16,002 bases of DNA, from positions 14,314 to 30,315 of the forward strand of contig JBBDTI010000051.1 of assembly GCA_040904565.1 (NCBI GenBank). The letters run 5' to 3'. Position numbers and translations under genes: made by a program. The notes under the pieces are model-generated. The model searched no databases. It worked only from the letters and a program-made list of their open reading frames with translations, and was not told where the DNA came from. How positions within the stretch are numbered: the stretch's first letter is position 1; the number at the start of each line of letters is the position of its first letter. Positions 1 to 7,713 of the stretch are shown one piece after another. Origin of the DNA: Rhodothermales bacterium. GTDB taxonomy: Bacteria > Bacteroidota > Rhodothermia > Rhodothermales > VXPQ01.

Positions 1-11
1 GGTGAACCATG

Positions 12-590
12 CTATTTGATGAATGCCGCCTTCAGGTCGCTCCACGACGCGGCGTCACCCACCGTGCGATCCGTCCAGCTCGTCACGCGCCAGAGTCCGT
101 CTTCTCCCTGATCGATCGTCCAAACGAGACGCCCCTGCAATGTCGTGGGGAGGTCCGCACGGCGGTGATTGACGCGCAGCGTATAGCTTGCGTCGATGGT
201 GAATCGCGCTGCGCCGGCGGTCTGTTCGACATCGCTGAGGCCGAGCTCGTTGTCCGCCGTGAGCCGGGCCGCTTCGGCAAGGGCCAGAAAGTAGCTTTCT
301 TCTTCCTGCGCGCTCCAGCCGGTCCAGACCGACGGATCTCTTGCCGAAGCGTCCGTCGTCGGCGTGAAGGTGAGGTCGTCGGCAAACGATCGACGATAGT
401 TCCGGGCATTAAGCTCGGCCACCGCCGTCCGAATATTGTCGACGACCTGGTCGGGCGTATCGGGTTGAACGAACGTCCCGACGTCTTCTATCGGGTGCTC
501 GGGCGATCGCGGCGAAAACACGTCGCACGCGCTCAGGCTGAGTGCCAAGAACGCCGGCACCGCAAGTCGGAGGCAGAACGAACGTCGCAT
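12..590 (-). CDS. Hypothetical lipoprotein (192 aa), possibly NTF2/SnoaL-like fold
   Basis: Part of ORF 12..626. Preferred start is ATG at 590, 1 bp after the upstream TGA (TGA-C-ATG). The N-terminus MRRSFCLRLAVPAFLALSLSA-C has a basic n-region, a hydrophobic core and a lipobox LSAC. The fold guess comes from the helix-then-strands pattern (TPDQVVDNIRTAV...YRRSFADDLTF...WRVTSWTD) and is inference only. Confidence 0.75.
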   Translation of the reverse strand: MRRSFCLRLAVPAFLALSLSACDVFSPRSPEHPIEDVGTFVQPDTPDQVVDNIRTAVAELNARNYRRSFADDLTFTPTTDASARDPSVWTGWSAQEEESYFLALAEAARLTADNELGLSDVEQTAGAARFTIDASYTLRVNHRRADLPTTLQGRLVWTIDQGEDGLWRVTSWTDRTVGDAASWSDLKAAFIK

Positions 591-591
591 G

Positions 592-1338
592 TCAGCAATC
601 ATCCGACTTCGGAGGCTTTCTTGCAATCAGGATGAGGCGCGGCGACGCCTTGGAGTATGTGCTGCCCTCGTAGTCCCCGTACGTTTCGACCAGATCGAGC
701 CCTGCCTCGTCATACATCGCCCTGAAGTCGTCGAGTTTGTAGAGTCGCACGGATTCCCGAAACGACCGTTTGCTTTCGCCGGATCGGATCGTAATCTCTT
801 TGTTGATTCGGCCGTCATCGATCCAGCGGCGCTGATGGATGTCGGCGCCGTCGCGCGTCCGCCGATCCTCGGCGACGAGGTTGTCGAGCAGGTACGGTAC
901 GTTGAAATAATCTTGCATGAACCAGCCGCCGGGTCGGAGCGAGCGCCGCATGGCGCGCAGGGCCTGCAGATGGTCCTCGTCGTCCTCGAAGTAGCCGAAG
1001 GCGGTAAAGACGTTGATCACGCCGTCGAAACAGCAATCGCACACGGGCCGCCGCATATCGCCCCGGCGAAAAAGTACGTCGAGTCCCTCGTCCAGGGCCC
1101 GCTTCTCGGCTTCGTCGATCGCATGCCTGGAGAGATCGACGCCGGTGACGTGGTAGCCTCGACGAGCGAGAGCGCGGGCATGACGCCCGCGCCCGCATCC
1201 CATGTCGAGAATCGATGCGCCCCCATCGGGCTCGGCGACGCGTTCCAGAAAATCGACGAGGCGTTCCGCTTCCGCGTCGTCGCGGTCCTGATATACGAGT
1301 TCGTATTCGGGATGGTCGAACCACTCTTCATACCACAT
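592..1338 (-). CDS. Class I SAM-dependent methyltransferase (Methyltransf_25-like, 248 aa)
   Basis: Motif I ILDMGCGRGRH, post-I VTGVDLS, GDMR, FDGVINVFTAFGYF and LRPGGWF are present. Start placed at ATG 1338 (MWYEEWF). The in-frame extension to 1584 overlaps ispH and looks non-coding. Confidence 0.92.
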   Translation of the reverse strand: MWYEEWFDHPEYELVYQDRDDAEAERLVDFLERVAEPDGGASILDMGCGRGRHARALARRGYHVTGVDLSRHAIDEAEKRALDEGLDVLFRRGDMRRPVCDCCFDGVINVFTAFGYFEDDEDHLQALRAMRRSLRPGGWFMQDYFNVPYLLDNLVAEDRRTRDGADIHQRRWIDDGRINKEITIRSGESKRSFRESVRLYKLDDFRAMYDEAGLDLVETYGDYEGSTYSKASPRLILIARKPPKSDDC

Positions 1339-1483
1339 CAAGGGTGCCTGGCGGTTTGGTAACGTATGGAGGCTCGTGCGGACGGTCGATGGATGGACGG
1401 GGTGGCAACGCGGACCTCGCTTGAATCTCGCGGCGCCACGGAGCGACGGCGGTACGATTCGCTGCGCGCCACCTGCGATGGCT

Positions 1484-2719
1484 CTACGCGGCTTCGAGCG
1501 TGAATGGAGCAAGGACGTCGTCGACGCGGCGGACGCCGTCCATCCACCCGATAATTTTTCGGACCACCTCGTCGAGCAGGGCATCCGGACACGACGCGCC
1601 GGCCGTGAGCACGATCTCGACGGGCCGCTTGTCCGGCAGCCAACCTTCCGTTACCGTTTCCCTTTTCCCGTGGATGTCGAAATGGCGGATGCGGTCCGGC
1701 GAGAGGAGCTCGTCCGCGTCGCGGATGAAGTAGGTCGGCATACGAGCTTCGCAGAGATCGACGAGGTGACTCGTGTTCGACGAATTGTAGCCCCCTACCA
1801 CGATGGCGAGGTCGCCGCTCGATTCGATGAGACGCATCGTCGCATTCTGGTTCTCGTTGGTGGCATAGCACAGCGTGTCACTCGTGTCGGCGAAGTGATC
1901 GTCGATGCGCTCCTCCCCGTAGCGATCGACCATCGCCTGTCGCAATAACGCCGCGATAGCCTGCGTCTCCGAGGCCAGCATGGTCGTCTGATTTACCACG
2001 CCGATGCGCTGCAGATCGCGATCCGGATCGAACCCTTCCGAATAGCGATCGTCGAACTCCTCGAAGAAAAATTCTGCCGATTCCTCACCCCGGACGACGC
2101 GGGCCAGGTCTTCCGCTTCCGCGTGGTCGCGCACGATGACGACCGGTCCGCTTCGGCGGGCATGGGAGAAGGTGGCGCGCGTCTCCTCGTGGTATCGTTT
2201 TCCATGCACGACGATCGTGTAGTCTCGACCGCCGATCTGATCGCTCTTCTTCCATACCTTTTCGACGAACGGGCAGGTCGTATCGTACGATACCGTGTCG
2301 ACGCCGCGATCGGCGAGCTCCTGCTCGACTTCGAGCGACGTGCCGAAGGCGGGGATGACGACGACGTCCTCGGGCCCCAGCTCGTCGAAGGAAATGAGCT
2401 GTTCGCCGGACGTCGTGCGGAGGAAGCGGACGCCGCGGCTCCGGAGGTCGCCGTTGACGCGCGGATTGTGGATCATTTCCGAAAGGAGGAAAATCCGCCG
2501 ATCGGGATTTTCTTCCAGCGCCCGGTATGCGATTTCGATGGCGTTCTCGACGCCGTAACAGAATCCGAAGTGACGTGCGATCTTAAAGCGAACGGGCCCG
2601 AAATCCAGCACCGAAGGCGAGAGGTCCTTTTTGCGCGGATCCGTGATCTTTCGCGCTTCCTTGACGGTCGAAATGATCGAGCTCTTGTAGAACGCCGGTA
2701 CGTCGAACTGCCGTGCCAT
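1484..2719 (-). CDS. ispH: 4-hydroxy-3-methylbut-2-enyl diphosphate reductase (IspH/LytB), long form, 411 aa
   Basis: Three Fe-S cysteines in FGFCYGV, DTTCPFV and DTLCYAT. Also IHNP, PAFG, HEE, NQTT, VGGYNSSNT and AGASCP. Start ATG 2719 (MARQFDVP). Confidence 0.97.
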   Translation of the reverse strand: MARQFDVPAFYKSSIISTVKEARKITDPRKKDLSPSVLDFGPVRFKIARHFGFCYGVENAIEIAYRALEENPDRRIFLLSEMIHNPRVNGDLRSRGVRFLRTTSGEQLISFDELGPEDVVVIPAFGTSLEVEQELADRGVDTVSYDTTCPFVEKVWKKSDQIGGRDYTIVVHGKRYHEETRATFSHARRSGPVVIVRDHAEAEDLARVVRGEESAEFFFEEFDDRYSEGFDPDRDLQRIGVVNQTTMLASETQAIAALLRQAMVDRYGEERIDDHFADTSDTLCYATNENQNATMRLIESSGDLAIVVGGYNSSNTSHLVDLCEARMPTYFIRDADELLSPDRIRHFDIHGKRETVTEGWLPDKRPVEIVLTAGASCPDALLDEVVRKIIGWMDGVRRVDDVLAPFTLEAA

Positions 2720-2843
2720 AGGGTCGTGCCTGTATCGCGATCCATGCCTCGAGCGGCTCCGCGGTGAGCCGGTCGATCCGATTGGTGCGGCCAAGGGGCC
2801 GCCTGTCGATTCGGCCCATCTAACGCAGCATGTCAGCCCAGGT

Positions 2844-4475
2844 TCAAGCGGCGTCGGTGGGCCCGGAAACCGGTAAAACGACCGTAAACGTCGATCCTTC
2901 TCCCTCCGTCGACGAGACCGTGATCTCGCCGCCCAGATGGTTGACGAGTTCGCGTGCGATGGTCAGACCGAGTCCGGAGCCATTGGGCGAGTGCTCTTTG
3001 CCGTGCTCGTCACGTGCGAACCGCTTGAAGAGGCGGGGCATGAAGGTGGAAGAGATTCCTGGACCGGTATCGATCACCTTAACGGCCACGCCGGGCTCGT
3101 TTCGCAGCGTAGCTTCTTCGAGGCGGATGGTTACTCCTCCCGCGTCCGTGTACTTGACGGCGTTGGAGACGAGATTGGCGAGGACGACGCCGAGCCACTG
3201 TTGATCCGTTCTGATACTGGTGGAATGGGTCGCCATTTCGGTGGCCAGGGCGATGTTCTTTTCGCGAGCGATCGGATAGAGTTCGCTGCGAACGTATTCC
3301 ACGATGTGGGTGAGATCTACCTCGTCCGGTTCGATCTCGATGCGCCCTGATTCGATCTTCGCGAGGTCGAGGAGGTTGTTCACGAGGGTCAGCAGCCTGT
3401 CCGCGCTGAGCTCGAGATTATCGAAGAACTCGATCTGATCGGGTTCCAGGTCGTTTCGCACTTCCGAACGAATCAGGTCGACATATCCAAGCAGCGATGA
3501 AAGGGGGGTGCGCAGCTCGTGCGTGACCGCCGTCACGAAGTCCGTCTTCGCCATGTTTGCGGCCTGGGCCGCCACCGTAGCAGCTCTTAGTTCCTTCGTT
3601 CGCGTGTCCACCTCGCGCCGTAGGCGCCGGCTGCTGAGTCGTGCCAGGTGCGTCGCTTCCGCACTGCGGTGCAGGATGACGTACGCTTGCAGGAGGATGA
3701 AGCCGAGTACGCCAAACGTAATGAGATAGGGCCGACCCGCGGCGCCGATGCCCGCGAAGAGGATGTCGTGGATGCTCGTTACTACGAGGAATCCGATGCC
3801 GACGCCCGTTACGACGCCGTAGCCGCGGTCCGACTCGATAGCCTGCAGGGCGAGTGCGGTGGCCACGATCATGAGCAATACGGTTATCCATCTGGACAGA
3901 GAGAGGACCACGACGTCGTCACCGCCGGGTACGACCACCATTACGGCAAAAACGACCGAGGCCACGATCGACAGTCCGGCTACGACCGTATTGACCGCCC
4001 CCATCCACGACGTGGAACGCGGCCGGAACGAATTCGGAAAGTACGTCCACAGCATGAATGCGATGAACGCGTTCAGCAGCATATAGCAGACCGTCTCGAC
4101 GGTCATTCCGCCGGCGGTGTCCAGGAGGGACGGCACGATGTAGGGGAGCGAGCCCGATACGGCTGCCGTATGGGCGGCCATCACGAGCGCGAGCAGTCCC
4201 ATCGACAGCATCTGCTTGTCGCGCCGCATCCACCTCCAGTAAATCAGGAAAACGAGAGCCAGCCCCAGATACAGGCCGAGGCAGGCGAAGTAAAGCGCCG
4301 TGGATCGGGTCAGTCCCCGGTTAACGAATTGAGCGGTAAGACCCTCGGCGCTCTGGACCGCGGCGGCGGAAAGCTCCAACGGATGCACGAAGAGCATCAT
4401 CAGAGCGAACAGGAAGAGGGCCGCCGTACGGTAGCCGGCGTCCGGCGGCACGATATGGCGCAGTGTGCTGGCCAA
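2844..4475 (-). CDS. Membrane-bound sensor histidine kinase (7TM-DISM-type membrane domain + HisKA + HATPase_c)
   Basis: H-box FVTAVTHELRTPL, N-box NLVSNAVKYT, G1 DTGPGI, F-box LFKRF and G2 GSGLGL. Seven hydrophobic segments including an IHDIL motif, preceded by an N-terminal signal/TM segment. The TTG start at 4475 is uncertain; ATG near 4400 is an alternative. Confidence 0.93.
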   Translation of the reverse strand: MASTLRHIVPPDAGYRTAALFLFALMMLFVHPLELSAAAVQSAEGLTAQFVNRGLTRSTALYFACLGLYLGLALVFLIYWRWMRRDKQMLSMGLLALVMAAHTAAVSGSLPYIVPSLLDTAGGMTVETVCYMLLNAFIAFMLWTYFPNSFRPRSTSWMGAVNTVVAGLSIVASVVFAVMVVVPGGDDVVVLSLSRWITVLLMIVATALALQAIESDRGYGVVTGVGIGFLVVTSIHDILFAGIGAAGRPYLITFGVLGFILLQAYVILHRSAEATHLARLSSRRLRREVDTRTKELRAATVAAQAANMAKTDFVTAVTHELRTPLSSLLGYVDLIRSEVRNDLEPDQIEFFDNLELSADRLLTLVNNLLDLAKIESGRIEIEPDEVDLTHIVEYVRSELYPIAREKNIALATEMATHSTSIRTDQQWLGVVLANLVSNAVKYTDAGGVTIRLEEATLRNEPGVAVKVIDTGPGISSTFMPRLFKRFARDEHGKEHSPNGSGLGLTIARELVNHLGGEITVSSTEGEGSTFTVVLPVSGPTDAA

Positions 4476-4510
4476 GAAAGGAAAGTGGTCCGGTGGATCC
4501 AGTACGTACT

Positions 4511-4534
4511 AATATACCGCAACTACTTCGTCAA
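4511..4534 (-). promoter_or_regulatory. Putative promoter for the histidine kinase gene
   Basis: AT-rich patch reading TTGACG-aagtagttgcgg-TATATT on the minus strand. The -10-like TATATT (4516..4511) lies about 35 nt before the TTG start. The TTGACG-to-TATATT spacing is only 12 bp, so the -35 assignment is doubtful. Confidence 0.4.
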
Positions 4535-4646
4535 TTCACGCCTATCGTCGAGCGAGGGCGGCTGGAGGCGCTGGAAGCTTGCTGAAGAACCCAACGTCGA
4601 CGGGTCGGCGGAGAAACGCAGAAATGCGCAGTGAATCAACGGCCAG

Positions 4647-5777
4647 CTAGAGCCTGCGGCTGACTCTCGGTTGTATCTCGCGCTTCCATGCCGCGAACGA
4701 TCCATCGAGAATCGCGGTGCGGGATGCACGCATCAACCAGAGATAGAAGGACAGGTTCTGAAGCGATGCGATCTGGAGGCCGAGAATCTCGTTTGCGACG
4801 AAGAGGTGCCGTACGTAGGCCTTCGAAAACGTACGTGATACGTAGCCGTCGAGTCCGGGGTCGATGGGTGAAAAGTCGTCCCTCCACTTTCGATTGCGGA
4901 TGTTCATCGTGCCTTCGGTCGTGAACAACATGCCGTTGCGTCCATTGCGCGTCGGCATGACGCAGTCGAACATATCGATGCCGCGGGCGATGTTCTCGAG
5001 AAGGTTCTCCGGCGTGCCGACGCCCATCAGGTATCGCGGCCGTTCGTGCGGCAGAAGGTCGACGACGATGTCGACCATGCCGTACATGGCCTCGTCGGAT
5101 TCGCCGACGGAAAGGCCGCCGATGGCGTACCCGGGGAAGTCCATCTCCACGAGGCGTTTCGCCGATTCGCGACGGATCTCGGGAAAGACGACGCCCTGGA
5201 CGATCGGAAAGAGGGCCTGATCGTGGCCGTAGAGCGCTTCGGTTTCCTCGAAGCGCTGCTTGCAGCGGCGTGCCCATCGTACGGTCATCTCGTTGGATGC
5301 TCGGGCGTACTGCTCGGACACGTCGGCGGCGGGACATTCGTCGAGGACCATCATGATGTCCGATCCGATAATCCGCTGCACGTCCACGACCGACTCGGGC
5401 GTAAAAAAATGCGACGATCCGTCCAGGTGACTTCTGAAGTGCACGCCCTCCTCGGTGATCTCGCGATTGTCGGAGAGCGAGAAGACTTGATATCCACCCG
5501 AATCCGTGAGCAGGGGCCCGGACCAGTCCATAAACCGGTGGAGACCACCCGCCTTCTCGATCACGTCGGTCCCGGGCCGCAGGTAGAGGTGATAGGTATT
5601 CCCCAGGATAATCTGCGCCCGTACGTCCGCGGCCAGCTCGCGCGGCTGCACGGCCTTGACGCTGCCGACCGTGCCTACGGGCATGAAGATCGGGGTTTCG
5701 ATCACGCCGCGGCCGGTGTCGATCCGTCCGGCGCGCGCAGACGTTTCCGTATCGGTTTGTTGCAGTGAAAATCGCAT
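4647..5777 (-). CDS. tgt: tRNA guanosine(34) transglycosylase (queuine tRNA-ribosyltransferase), 376 aa
   Basis: TPIFMPVGT, ILGNTYHL, catalytic TDSGGYQ, LDEC, PIVQG, AIGGLSVGE, PRYLMGVG and DMFDCVMPTRNGRNG are present. Start ATG 5777 (MRFSLQQTD), 7 bp after the upstream stop. Confidence 0.98.
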   Translation of the reverse strand: MRFSLQQTDTETSARAGRIDTGRGVIETPIFMPVGTVGSVKAVQPRELAADVRAQIILGNTYHLYLRPGTDVIEKAGGLHRFMDWSGPLLTDSGGYQVFSLSDNREITEEGVHFRSHLDGSSHFFTPESVVDVQRIIGSDIMMVLDECPAADVSEQYARASNEMTVRWARRCKQRFEETEALYGHDQALFPIVQGVVFPEIRRESAKRLVEMDFPGYAIGGLSVGESDEAMYGMVDIVVDLLPHERPRYLMGVGTPENLLENIARGIDMFDCVMPTRNGRNGMLFTTEGTMNIRNRKWRDDFSPIDPGLDGYVSRTFSKAYVRHLFVANEILGLQIASLQNLSFYLWLMRASRTAILDGSFAAWKREIQPRVSRRL

Positions 5778-5784
5778 CCTAGGG

Positions 5785-6426
5785 TCAGGCGGCCCCCACG
5801 TGCGAACGCGACGTCGTCGAAGCGGCGTGCCGCTCGAACATTCGCTCGATTTCGAGCTGATCCTCCGGCGGGAGTCCAAGCACCACGGGCCGCCCCTCGA
5901 CCTCGAGCAGAAGCACGGTCGGATAGATGCGATTCACGAAAGCCTGTGTAGCCGCGTACCGCGCGTAGTGTGTATAGTAGAGCTCCGACGATAGGACGGT
6001 GACGCCGCGGACGTCCGTATAGGCGATGGACGCGGTTTCATCGCCTCGCCGGATCGACAGCCCGTCATCATCGGCCGTAATGTGGACGGCGCGCTGTCGG
6101 CCAAAGACGGCAACCGCCGCATAGCATACGGCGAGGAGGACCTGAGCCACGGCGAATGCCGTCTGTGTGGCGGCGGTCATGGGGTACAGGTAGGCCCAGG
6201 TCAGGTACTGGGAGATGAGGATGGCGACGCCCAGGGTTACGGCGGCGACCAGATACGTCGATTCGCCGCTCCGGTGGTCCGGTGATCGGCGGCGGACCCA
6301 TCTTCCGAGCAACGAGCGTCCCGGGTGGAATCGGGCGGCGATGGTAAACGTGCGCTTCAACAGGCGGCCTGCCGTCTCGTTCGACAATCGGCGAAATTCA
6401 GGTTTCTTCTCTTCAGGTAGTTGCAC
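5785..6426 (-). CDS. Hypothetical membrane protein (2 TM helices followed by a beta-rich, possibly bacterial PH-like, domain)
   Basis: Fills the gap between the AI-2E gene and tgt in the same orientation. Two hydrophobic segments (YLVAAVTLGVAILISQYLTWAYL; AFAVAQVLLAVCYAAVAVFG) are followed by a HITADDDGLSIRRG...IAYTDVRGV pattern. The start is uncertain: GTG 6426 or TTG 6360. Confidence 0.75.
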   Translation of the reverse strand: MQLPEEKKPEFRRLSNETAGRLLKRTFTIAARFHPGRSLLGRWVRRRSPDHRSGESTYLVAAVTLGVAILISQYLTWAYLYPMTAATQTAFAVAQVLLAVCYAAVAVFGRQRAVHITADDDGLSIRRGDETASIAYTDVRGVTVLSSELYYTHYARYAATQAFVNRIYPTVLLLEVEGRPVVLGLPPEDQLEIERMFERHAASTTSRSHVGAA

Positions 6427-6450
6427 GCGGGCAGGTGACGTTTCGATCCG

Positions 6451-7701
6451 TTACGCGTCGTCGTCGGACAGTTCGAAGGCGATGCTGTCGCGGTAGGTTT
6501 TGTAGACCGTCATGATGAGTGCCGTGACGGGGACGGCGATGAGCAGCCCGATGGCGCCCATAAAATGACCGAAGACGAAAAGCGAGATGATGATGAGAGC
6601 GGGGTGGAGCCCGACCTTATGGCTCATGATATTCGGCGTCAGCACGGCCTGCTCCAGAAGGGACTGGCCCAGGAGAACGGAGACGATCTTGATGAGGTCG
6701 AGATACCAGGGATCACCGAAAACGAGGGCAATGAAGATACCGATCACATTCGTGATGATGATGCCGACGTTCGGAATCAGATTGAGCAGTCCGCCAATAA
6801 TACCGATCAGGAGGGCGAATGGAACGTCCAGCAGGATCAGAAGGACGGACACGTTGAAGCCCGCGATGGCGGAGATGAGGAGCTGGCCGCGCAGGTAATT
6901 GCCGACGATCCCGCTCGCCTCGAAGAGATAGTCCCGCCGTCCGCCGAAGGTCGGAAACAGCTCGACGAGGCGCCGCTTGATGTGCGGGTAATCCTTCAGC
7001 ACGTAATAATGTACGACCGGCAGCACGGCGACGATCGCGACGGTGCCGAGGACCGTTCCCAGCGACGACATGATGTGCTGCAGGAAGTTGGGGATGCTCG
7101 CCGCGAGGCCCGTAGCACGTTCCTGGAGGTACCGCGTCAGGTCATTAACGACCTGCTGGCGGTCGAGTCCGACCGACTCGATATTGTCGAGCAGCGCGGC
7201 GCTCTGAAGCCACTGCCGGAACCCGCCCATGCCGTCGACGAGCCGCCGTACGAGCACTTCAAACTGCGAGATGAGGCTCGGTACGAGGAGGAAAATGAAC
7301 GCGGCGAAGATGCCGACGAGGAGGGCCGTTACGGCGATCGACGTGACGCCGCGGGCGATGCCGTAGCGCTCCCTGGCTCGCGAGGCGAGAGGGTCGAACA
7401 GATAGGCGAACAGGTAGACGACCACGAAGGGCAGCAAGATACCGGCCAGCTCCGCGAGGGCCCAGATCAGCAGCATCACGCCGCCCGCAATAAGGAGGCC
7501 GCGGACCGGCGCCAGTTTGCGCAGCGGCCACAGCAGGACGCTGCCCGCGACTCCGATGACAGGCGGACTGACGAAGTCGCGCATCTCGTAGAGCAGCGCG
7601 ATAAACAGGACGACGCCGCCGGCAAGCAGCGTCGTCTGCAAGGCCGTCAGGCGAGTTTCCGGTAGAGATGGACGGTTGATTTCAGCTTTTTCCGGCGGCA
7701 T
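6451..7701 (-). CDS. AI-2E family transporter (PerM/TqsA/UPF0118), 416 aa
   Basis: ILLPFVVVYLFAYLFDPL, YLRGQLLIS, LLNLIPNVG and LEQAVLTPNIMSHKVGLHP...GAIGLLIAVP are typical AI-2E motifs. Many TM segments. Confidence 0.93.
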   Translation of the reverse strand: MPPEKAEINRPSLPETRLTALQTTLLAGGVVLFIALLYEMRDFVSPPVIGVAGSVLLWPLRKLAPVRGLLIAGGVMLLIWALAELAGILLPFVVVYLFAYLFDPLASRARERYGIARGVTSIAVTALLVGIFAAFIFLLVPSLISQFEVLVRRLVDGMGGFRQWLQSAALLDNIESVGLDRQQVVNDLTRYLQERATGLAASIPNFLQHIMSSLGTVLGTVAIVAVLPVVHYYVLKDYPHIKRRLVELFPTFGGRRDYLFEASGIVGNYLRGQLLISAIAGFNVSVLLILLDVPFALLIGIIGGLLNLIPNVGIIITNVIGIFIALVFGDPWYLDLIKIVSVLLGQSLLEQAVLTPNIMSHKVGLHPALIIISLFVFGHFMGAIGLLIAVPVTALIMTVYKTYRDSIAFELSDDDA

Positions 7702-7713
7702 CCGGGGGCGAGT

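Noticed and set aside
1339-1584. N-terminal extension of the methyltransferase ORF (likewise ispH 2720..2794 and tgt 5778..5879)
   Set aside because: Low-complexity and overlapping upstream genes or intergenic DNA. Family-like sequence begins at the downstream ATGs.
2754-2802. Two 6-bp GC hairpins (CGGCTC/GAGCCG and GCGGCC/GGCCGC) between the kinase and ispH
   Set aside because: Short stems with no U-tract, expected by chance at this GC content. Not called as terminators or a riboswitch.
4590-4630. Weak hairpins downstream of tgt
   Set aside because: 5-bp stems with G-U pairs and only a short, interrupted U-run. Insufficient for an intrinsic terminator call.
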